Source of the DNA: Candidatus Kapaibacterium sp.
GTDB lineage: Bacteria; Verrucomicrobiota; Verrucomicrobiia; Limisphaerales; UBA9464
DNA: 42,109 bases
Reading direction: 5' to 3'
NCBI GenBank assembly: GCA_044339945.1
Contig: JBIIUN010000002.1
Span: forward strand, 1 to 42,109
In this document: piece by piece, positions 35,725 to 42,109 of the stretch
How positions within the stretch are numbered: the stretch's first letter is position 1
Layout: every line of letters begins with the position of its first letter
The notes under the pieces: generated by a model
Told to the model about the DNA's origin: nothing
Database searches by the model: none
What the model saw: only the letters and a program-made list of their open reading frames with translations
Position numbers and translations under genes: made by a program

Positions 35725-36552
35725 TCAGAGCCGCGGGTCCCGGGCATCGCCTATAAAGATACTCCTTGAATCTTGCGGAAGATTCTCAAGATCCATCCAC
35801 GTCAAGAAGTCAATCGTCCTGAACTCTCGGTCTATCGCTGGCGGACCTGCAATCATTGCCCCCAAGGCTAGGTAAGCCCGCAGCAGCTTAGGAATCTTGG
35901 GAACAACCGGAGCAAGTTCTTCTAGTGGGCACCGAAAGGCAGGGAGCGGACTGGTCCGGAATGGTTTTTCCGCTAAATGGTCGCGGCAAAGTTCCCGGTA
36001 TGCCGCAGCACCAACCGCGGGATCTTGCGAGGTTAGAGAGCTGCACCCGACCAAGTAACGAGCCCCGTGATTCCTCGCATACTCCATGATGCCGTGCCAC
36101 AACAGGCCCAAAACCGGCAGGCCTCGGTGTTCGCTGTGCACACAAGCGCGCCCCAGTTCCACAATATGGCGCGTTTGGGAGCGAAACGGCGAGAAATCGA
36201 ATTCTTGCTCGGAATAGAATCCCAATTCCCGGGAAGCAGTTTCCCCAGTCTGCAACCGATACGTGCCCACTACCTCACCGGTTCGCTTATCCTCCACAAG
36301 CAAATGATCACAGACGGCGTCGAACGGGTCTTCGTCACGCAGCGTTGAATAGCTATTCTCCAGGCCTTCATTGAGTTCCAGATTGAAGACCAAGAATCGC
36401 AAGGTCTGAGCCGCCTGAACGTCGGCGGCGGAACTCGCTCTCCGAAGTTGGTAGGGGACGTTTTGAACGGCCCGCGCCATCATCCGTGAGGCTGCCTGAA
36501 CTTGAATCGACCGACCGATTCTGCTCGGCGAGTCCGAAGTGAGGACTTTCAT
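35725..36552 (-). CDS. GNAT (Acetyltransf_5) N-acyltransferase, OlsB / N-acyl-amino-acid-synthase-like
   Basis: RFLVFNLELNEGL..., DHLLVEDKRTGEVVGTYRLQ, FYSEQEFDF and VELGRACVHSEHR are hallmarks of this lipid-amino-acid N-acyltransferase family. The ATG at 36552 is preferred over TTG at 36576. Confidence 0.7.
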   Translation of the reverse strand: MKVLTSDSPSRIGRSIQVQAASRMMARAVQNVPYQLRRASSAADVQAAQTLRFLVFNLELNEGLENSYSTLRDEDPFDAVCDHLLVEDKRTGEVVGTYRLQTGETASRELGFYSEQEFDFSPFRSQTRHIVELGRACVHSEHRGLPVLGLLWHGIMEYARNHGARYLVGCSSLTSQDPAVGAAAYRELCRDHLAEKPFRTSPLPAFRCPLEELAPVVPKIPKLLRAYLALGAMIAGPPAIDREFRTIDFLTWMDLENLPQDSRSIFIGDARDPRL

Positions 36553-36633
36553 TGCCCTAAACCTAAGCAAAAACAACTTCGCCGTGCACGTTAATCATTG
36601 GTGACGCCTCCGTTTCGCTACTCTGCTAGGGAC

Positions 36634-39171
36634 TCAAGATGAGGCGACATCCTCGACCGAACCTCGTGCTGCCGAATGGTCCTGTTCGAACCTGAGCTTA
36701 TCGGTCTCTACCGTCACGTGGACGGGTTCGCCTTCAATTAGCGTTCCCCGAAGAATCTCTTCAGCTAATGGATCCTCCAAATATCGTTCAACCGCCCGGC
36801 GCATCGGACGCGCACCGTATTGTGGATCGAAGCCCTTCTCGATGAGAAAGTCCTTGGATTTCTCATCGAGAACAATCTTCACGTTCTTCCGGGCGATACG
36901 CTCCAACACCTTCTTGATCTCGAGATCAAGGATGGTGACCAGTTCCGGCTTGCCGAGCGTGCGGAATACGATGATGTCGTCCAAACGGTTCAGGAATTCG
37001 GGCCGGAAGAACTTCTTTGCCTCGTCGAGCGTTTTGCCGCGCATGGTCTCGTAGTCGGCCGAATCGCTGGCCTTGGCGAAACCCATGACGTTGCTCTTGC
37101 GCAACACGTCCGAACCCACGTTCGACGTGAGCAGGATGATGGTGTTCCGGAAATCAACCACTCGGCCTAGGGAATCGGTCAATTTACCCTCCTCCAGAAT
37201 TTGGAGGAGCATGTTCATCACGTCCGGATGGGCCTTCTCGATCTCGTCAAACAGCACCACGGAGTAAGGCTGGCGGCGCACCTTTTCGGTCAACTGTCCG
37301 CCCTCTTCGTAGCCGACGTAGCCCGGCGGCGAGCCAATGAGCCGGCTAACTGTGAATTTCTCCATATACTCGCTCATGTCGAGTTGGATCAGGTTCTGGA
37401 CCGAACCGAACATTTGCTCGGCCAAGGTTCGCGCCAGCAAGGTCTTGCCAACACCGGTCGGCCCGAGCAGCGCAAAACAGCCAATGGGCCGCTTCGGGTC
37501 CTTCAAATCGGCTCGGGCCCGGCGCAGCGACTTGGCCAGTGCTACCACCGCGTCCTTCTGGCCGACAACAACCTTGCCTAGTTCGATTTCAACCGTCAGC
37601 AGCTTCTGGGTTTCGCTCTGGCCCATGCGCTGCAACGGAATGCCCGTCCACTTAGCCACGACCTGGAGAATTTCGTCCTCCCCGATCTGGACCCTCCGCT
37701 CATCCTTGTTCGTCTTCCATTCCGCCAGGACCTTGTCCAACCGCTCCTTGGCGGCCTTTTCCTGGTCCCGAAGCTGAGCGGCTCCCTCGAAATCCTGATC
37801 CTTGATCGCCTGTTCCTTCTTCAGCTTCAACGCTTCGATCTCGGCCTCCTGATCCTTGACGTTGGGCGGACGTTGCATCGCCCCGATCCGGGCCTTCGAT
37901 CCCGCTTCGTCCATGACATCGATCGCCTTGTCCGGCAGGAACCGGGCGGTGATGTAACGATCGCTCAGCTTCACGCAGGCTGAAATCGCATCGTCCGAGA
38001 ACTGGGCTTTGTGATGGTCCTCATACTTGGGCTTCAACCCGTGGAGAATCGTGATGGCGTCATCCACAGACGGCGGCTCGACCTTCACCGTCTGGAAGCG
38101 GCGCTCGAGGGCAGAGTCCTTTTCGATGTATTTGCGATACTCGTTGAGCGTCGTTGCGCCCACGATCTGCATTTCGCCCCGGCTGAGCGCCGGCTTGAAG
38201 ATGTTCGACGCATCCATGGTGCCCTCGGCCGATCCGGCACCCACGATGGTGTGCAACTCATCGATGAACAGGATAACGTTCTTCGCCTTCCGAATCTCGT
38301 CCATCACCGCCTTGATTCGTTCCTCGAATTGTCCTCGATATTTGGTGCCCGCCACCATCAGCGCCAAGTCCAGCGTGATGACCCGCTTGGTGGCCAGCAG
38401 CTCGGGAACGTTCCCTTTCGCAATTTCCTGAGCCAAACCTTCGACAATTGCCGTCTTGCCGACCCCGGCCTCGCCGAGGAGCACCGGATTATTCTTGGTT
38501 CGCCGGCAGAGAATCTGAATCACCCGCTCGATTTCTGAAGCGCGGCCGATGACGGGATCCATCTCCCCTTTCTTCGCCAATTCCGTCAGATCCCGGCCAA
38601 ACGCCTTGAGTGCGGGGGTTTTTTGCTCCTTCTTGCCGCCCTCGGCTTTCCCGCCGGCTTTCACGGGATCGCTTTTCTCTTCGGACTGTTCCTCGGCGGG
38701 TGCCCCCTCGCTCTGCTGGAATCCGGGATCAAGCTCCTTGAGGATTTCCTGCCGACATTGCTCGATATCGACATCGAGATTCTTGAGCACCTTGGCGGCG
38801 ACGCCATCCCCTTCGCGCAGCAAACCCAGAAGGATATGCTCGGTGCCGACGTAAGTGTGGTTGAGAGCCTTCGCCTCCTTGGCGGCGAGCGAGAGGACCT
38901 TCTTCACGCGGGGGGTGTAAGGGATGTTTCCGCTGACCTTCCCCTCGACGCCACCGCGGACCTCCTTCTCGACTTCCTGCCGGACCATTTCGAGATCCAA
39001 CCCCATGCGTTGGAGAACATTCACCGCCACCCCCTGCCCCAGCTTGATGAGGCCAAGCAACAAATGCTCGGTGCCCACGAAATTGTGGCCGAAGCGGTCC
39101 GCCTCCTTGCGGGCCAGCGCCAACACCTGCTGCGCCCGGGGAGTGAAATTGTTCATGTTCTCTTCGCTCAT
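36634..39171 (-). CDS. clpC: ATP-dependent Clp protease ATP-binding subunit ClpC (class I AAA+)
   Basis: Clp_N repeats ([33 protein letters not shown]), two Walker A motifs ([30 protein letters not shown]) and a UVR-like linker ([15 protein letters not shown]). The start is ATG 39171 or 39156. Confidence 0.9.
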   Translation of the reverse strand: MSEENMNNFTPRAQQVLALARKEADRFGHNFVGTEHLLLGLIKLGQGVAVNVLQRMGLDLEMVRQEVEKEVRGGVEGKVSGNIPYTPRVKKVLSLAAKEAKALNHTYVGTEHILLGLLREGDGVAAKVLKNLDVDIEQCRQEILKELDPGFQQSEGAPAEEQSEEKSDPVKAGGKAEGGKKEQKTPALKAFGRDLTELAKKGEMDPVIGRASEIERVIQILCRRTKNNPVLLGEAGVGKTAIVEGLAQEIAKGNVPELLATKRVITLDLALMVAGTKYRGQFEERIKAVMDEIRKAKNVILFIDELHTIVGAGSAEGTMDASNIFKPALSRGEMQIVGATTLNEYRKYIEKDSALERRFQTVKVEPPSVDDAITILHGLKPKYEDHHKAQFSDDAISACVKLSDRYITARFLPDKAIDVMDEAGSKARIGAMQRPPNVKDQEAEIEALKLKKEQAIKDQDFEGAAQLRDQEKAAKERLDKVLAEWKTNKDERRVQIGEDEILQVVAKWTGIPLQRMGQSETQKLLTVEIELGKVVVGQKDAVVALAKSLRRARADLKDPKRPIGCFALLGPTGVGKTLLARTLAEQMFGSVQNLIQLDMSEYMEKFTVSRLIGSPPGYVGYEEGGQLTEKVRRQPYSVVLFDEIEKAHPDVMNMLLQILEEGKLTDSLGRVVDFRNTIILLTSNVGSDVLRKSNVMGFAKASDSADYETMRGKTLDEAKKFFRPEFLNRLDDIIVFRTLGKPELVTILDLEIKKVLERIARKNVKIVLDEKSKDFLIEKGFDPQYGARPMRRAVERYLEDPLAEEILRGTLIEGEPVHVTVETDKLRFEQDHSAARGSVEDVASS

Positions 39172-39354
39172 AGTCTTACGAGTTGTCCGAAAGCCGGCAA
39201 AACGCCAGCAACCGGCCCGACTCAGTGTCGGCATGTTGCCACAAGGCGTCAAAAGTTCTTCCGCCAACGACCAATGGCCATTGGATCCAATCGGGAGGCG
39301 TATCGGACGACCAATTCGAGAGGTTGAGCCTCATTTCCCGCACTCCGGCTCAAC

Positions 39355-40167
39355 TCAGTGGACTGCCAGCACGGCAACCTTCCTGGCAACGGCCAGCGCT
39401 TCCAGTTCTGGCTGATCTAGCAACAGGGTCCGGCCGGCCTCAATCGCCAGGACCCCGATACCATTCGCCGAACAGACCTCGATCGTCTTGGGACCGACGC
39501 ACGGAATGTCGAAGCGCATGTCGTGGCCTTCTTTGGCAACCTTCACCGCCACCGCCCCGCCCGCCTTCCCGGCGAGCCGACCGCCCCGTTCGAAACAGCC
39601 ATCGGTTCCTTCAAAGGCTTCGACCGCCAACGTCGAGCCGTCCTTGACGACCACGCTTTGCCCGATTTCGAGCCGCGAAACCTCCTTGGCGATCCGCAGA
39701 CCATATTCCGCATCTTCCCTCTGCCGGTCAGACAGCTTGGGGCCGACGTGGAATCCCGGCGAAGGCATCCAAGGCGTTAACCACCGCAATGGAGCAATCA
39801 GGTCGACGCCATCCTTGCCCAATTCGTCGCCGATACCCCCGAAGATCGTGTGGGCATTCTTTTCCTTGAGCCGAAACAGTAGTCCCATCGCCCGCAGGTC
39901 AGGGCGGACGTCGAACAGGTTCTTCGGCGCAATTTGCCCCAGCATGACGCATTCCCGGACTCCACGATCCGTGAATGCCCGGATCATCGCGCTCAGTTGC
40001 CCCACCCGCAGCCAGACGATTTCGTCCACCAGCGAAGCCAGATCGGGGCTGGTCTCGCCCTCGAATCCCACTGCGACCACCCGGCGGCCGTCCCGTTTCG
40101 CTTCGCGAGCGAATAGCAGCGGCAGCGACTTCGAACCGGCAATGAGCCCCAGTGGTGCGTCGGACAT
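39355..40167 (-). CDS. lpxI: UDP-2,3-diacylglucosamine pyrophosphatase LpxI family (DUF1009)
   Basis: [29 protein letters not shown] and [21 protein letters not shown] are typical of LpxI/DUF1009; 270 aa. Confidence 0.7.
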   Translation of the reverse strand: MSDAPLGLIAGSKSLPLLFAREAKRDGRRVVAVGFEGETSPDLASLVDEIVWLRVGQLSAMIRAFTDRGVRECVMLGQIAPKNLFDVRPDLRAMGLLFRLKEKNAHTIFGGIGDELGKDGVDLIAPLRWLTPWMPSPGFHVGPKLSDRQREDAEYGLRIAKEVSRLEIGQSVVVKDGSTLAVEAFEGTDGCFERGGRLAGKAGGAVAVKVAKEGHDMRFDIPCVGPKTIEVCSANGIGVLAIEAGRTLLLDQPELEALAVARKVAVLAVH

Positions 40168-40387
40168 CGGTAAACAGCCTGCCGGAAGCGCGCGGAAGAG
40201 GAAAGTGCCGGCATTCTGGGCACGGCCGCCACGCCGCCGGAAACAGCGAAGTCTAGACGGCCACCAATTTCGCCTGATCCAGCATGGCGGTTTGAATCGT
40301 TCCCACCCGATCCATGAGCGGTTTTCGGGTCAGGTGAAGGGCTTTTTCCTTGCTGCATCTGCCCCCGAAGTCGGCCAAATAGGGCCT

Positions 40388-41827
40388 GTGCTGAACGGCT
40401 ACCGCGCGGAGAACTTTTTCGACGAGATGGTGGATGCGCACGATCAGGTGCGGCCGCATTACCGGCGTTTCCAACAGCTCTTCGGGGACATCAAGCCTGA
40501 GGACTTCGACCGCTACCGACAAAGCGTCGATCTGTCGTTCCTGCGGCAAGGCATCACCTTCAACGTCTACGGCGATGCCCAAGGCACCGAGAAGATTTTC
40601 CCGTTTGACCTCATTCCACGCATCATCAGCGGCAAGGAATGGGAGAAACTCGAGGCTGGCCTCATCCAGCGGATCACGGCTCTCAACCTTTTCCTGCACG
40701 ACATCTACCACGAGCAGAAAATCGTGAAGGACGGCGTGGTGCCGCCCTACTACGTCCTGTCGGGCAAACACTTCCGGCGGGAATTCTCCGGGTTCAATGT
40801 CCCGAAGGACATTTACATCCACGTCTGCGGGACGGACCTGATTCGCGGCGCCGATGGCGGCTGGATGGTGTTGGAGGACAACGGGCGCTGTCCGAGCGGG
40901 GTCAGCTACGTGCTCGAAAACCGGCGGGCCATGAAGCGCACGTTCCCGGGCATGTTCGAGGACATAGGCATCCGGCCAGTGGAGCATTATTCGCAGGAGT
41001 TGCTGAAGATGCTCCAGCATATCGCCCCGGCCGGCGTGGCCGACCCGACGGTGGTCTTGCTGACTCCGGGAGCTTTCAACAGCGCCTATTTTGAACACAC
41101 CTACCTTGCCCGACAGATGGGCATCGAGATCGTCGAAGGGCGCGACTTGGTGGTGCGGGACGCCCGGGTGTTCATGCGGACCACGAAGGGCCTGCAACCA
41201 GTCCACGTCATTTACCGGCGTATCGACGACGATTTTCTCGATCCGACCGTTTTCCGGCGGGACTCCATGCTGGGCGTTCCCGGCATCGTCCGCGCCTACC
41301 GTGCCGGCAACGTCTCGCTCGCCAATTCAATTGGCACCGGCATCGCCGACGACAAGGTGATGTATGCGTTCGTGCCGAAGATGATCAAATACTACCTCGA
41401 CCAGGAGCCGATCATCCCGAACGTCCCGACCTACTTGGCAAACGAGGAGAGCGACAAGAAATACATCCTCGAAAACCTCGGCGACCTCGTCGTGAAGGCC
41501 GCCAACGAATCCGGCGGCTACGGTATGCTGGTAGGCCCCAAGTCCACCAAGGAGGAGATCGAGAAGTTCCGTGGCGCGGTCGAGGCCGACCCGCGCAACT
41601 ACATCGCGCAGCCGATGATCTCCCTGTCGCGCCATCCGACCCACGTGGGCGACGGCCATTTTGAAGGCCGGCACATCGACCTGCGGCCCTATGTAATTTA
41701 CGGCGAGAAGATTACCATCGTTCCCGGTGGTTTGACCCGCGTCGCCCTGCGCAAGGGTTCCATCGTAGTCAATTCCTCCCAGGGCGGCGGCAGCAAGGAC
41801 ACATGGGTCCTCTACGGCGACGAATGA
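40388..41827 (+). CDS. Circularly permuted type-2 ATP-grasp protein (DUF404/DUF407 family)
   Basis: FFDEM...[32 protein letters not shown] and [24 protein letters not shown] start at 40388 is proposed. The upstream 300 codons of the ORF-track entry are antisense to lpxI and are rejected. Confidence 0.8.
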   Translation: MLNGYRAENFFDEMVDAHDQVRPHYRRFQQLFGDIKPEDFDRYRQSVDLSFLRQGITFNVYGDAQGTEKIFPFDLIPRIISGKEWEKLEAGLIQRITALNLFLHDIYHEQKIVKDGVVPPYYVLSGKHFRREFSGFNVPKDIYIHVCGTDLIRGADGGWMVLEDNGRCPSGVSYVLENRRAMKRTFPGMFEDIGIRPVEHYSQELLKMLQHIAPAGVADPTVVLLTPGAFNSAYFEHTYLARQMGIEIVEGRDLVVRDARVFMRTTKGLQPVHVIYRRIDDDFLDPTVFRRDSMLGVPGIVRAYRAGNVSLANSIGTGIADDKVMYAFVPKMIKYYLDQEPIIPNVPTYLANEESDKKYILENLGDLVVKAANESGGYGMLVGPKSTKEEIEKFRGAVEADPRNYIAQPMISLSRHPTHVGDGHFEGRHIDLRPYVIYGEKITIVPGGLTRVALRKGSIVVNSSQGGGSKDTWVLYGDE

Positions 41828-41872
41828 GCCCGGTGAACGAAACCTGAAAACCGACCAACCGAACAATTTCGC

Positions 41873-42109
41873 ATGCTTAGCCGAGTCGCCAACTGCCTCT
41901 ACTGGATGTCCCGCTACATTGAGCGCTCCGAGAACATCGCGCGCCTGGTGGACACCAACCTCCAGCTGCTGCTGGATTTCCGTAAACTGGATGAGCAGCG
42001 CCTGGCCGAACATTGGCTGCCCGTGGTGCAGGCCACCGGCGACGAGGCGGAATTCTTCAAGCTCCACCCCGTGGCCACCGCCGAGGCGGTCACGGAATTC
42101 ATGGTATTC
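41873..42109 (+). CDS. Alpha-E domain protein (DUF403), 3'-truncated by the window end
   Basis: The ATG at 41873 opens a frame to the window end. MLSRVANCLYWMSRYIERSENIARLVDTN is the characteristic alpha-E N-terminus. It is the usual partner gene directly downstream of the CP ATP-grasp gene. Confidence 0.75.
   Translation, partial: MLSRVANCLYWMSRYIERSENIARLVDTNLQLLLDFRKLDEQRLAEHWLPVVQATGDEAEFFKLHPVATAEAVTEFMVF

Noticed and set aside
36634-39171. clpC is visibly lower in GC (about 53-58% in sampled stretches) than the dcw region
   Set aside because: The gene is a canonical, highly conserved housekeeping chaperone. Neighbouring leuS, lpxI and the ATP-grasp gene are also intermediate in GC. 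This is more likely codon-usage or regional variation than horizontal transfer.
39488-40387. 300-codon N-terminal extension of the ATP-grasp ORF in the six-frame track
   Set aside because: This part is antisense to lpxI and is Ser/Pro/Arg-rich. Family members begin just before the FFDEM motif, so a GTG start at 40388 is more plausible.
1-42109. Search by eye for tRNA, rRNA, CRISPR arrays, integrases, toxin-antitoxin pairs or known defence-system genes
   Set aside because: I found none. There are no T-loop-like GGTTCGAATCC motifs in a plausible tRNA context, no regularly spaced repeats, and every large ORF is accounted for by housekeeping or envelope functions.

Overview
High-GC (roughly 60-68% by eye) bacterial chromosomal segment, mostly coding on the minus strand. 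The gene content suggests a Verrucomicrobiota (Opitutales-like) organism: a Minf_1886-family protein, a PEP-CTERM protein and a TAT-exported xylose-isomerase-fold protein. That assignment is inference only. The centre (7.6-25.9 kb) is one long division/cell-wall (dcw) cluster: mraZ-(orf140)-rsmH-ftsL-ftsI-murE-like-(SIMPL)-murF-mraY-(380 bp gap)-(LysM)-ftsW-murG-murB-ddl-ftsQ-ftsA-ftsZ. The left flank carries a multi-PAS HWE/HisKA_2 histidine kinase, a response regulator with a Cys-rich C-terminal module, tsaB, tsaE, thiL, a CPBP protease and fabI. The right flank carries queA, a RibD-C reductase, a GlcF-like Fe-S protein, a TAT sugar-phosphate isomerase/epimerase-fold protein, a Minf_1886-family protein and leuS. 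A small lower-GC islet follows (PEP-CTERM protein, decayed ISAs1-type transposase, Acetyltransf_5 GNAT). After it come clpC, lpxI and the start of a circularly permuted ATP-grasp / alpha-E cluster. I saw no rRNA, tRNA, CRISPR array or recognisable defence system. The most unusual content is inside the dcw cluster. The gene in the murE slot lacks the Mur-ligase P-loop and other catalytic motifs. FtsZ keeps the tubulin signature but has non-acidic residues where the T7 loop Asn/Asp residues normally sit. murC and murD are absent, with junction geometry arguing against simple decay for murC. Three or four non-canonical envelope or unknown genes sit in the cluster with tight coupling. A triple 10-bp-periodic AGGGK repeat upstream of mraZ looks like a MraZ operator. 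Everything rests on reading the sequence and ORF translations, with no searches run. The many long antisense ORFs are typical high-GC artefacts and were rejected.
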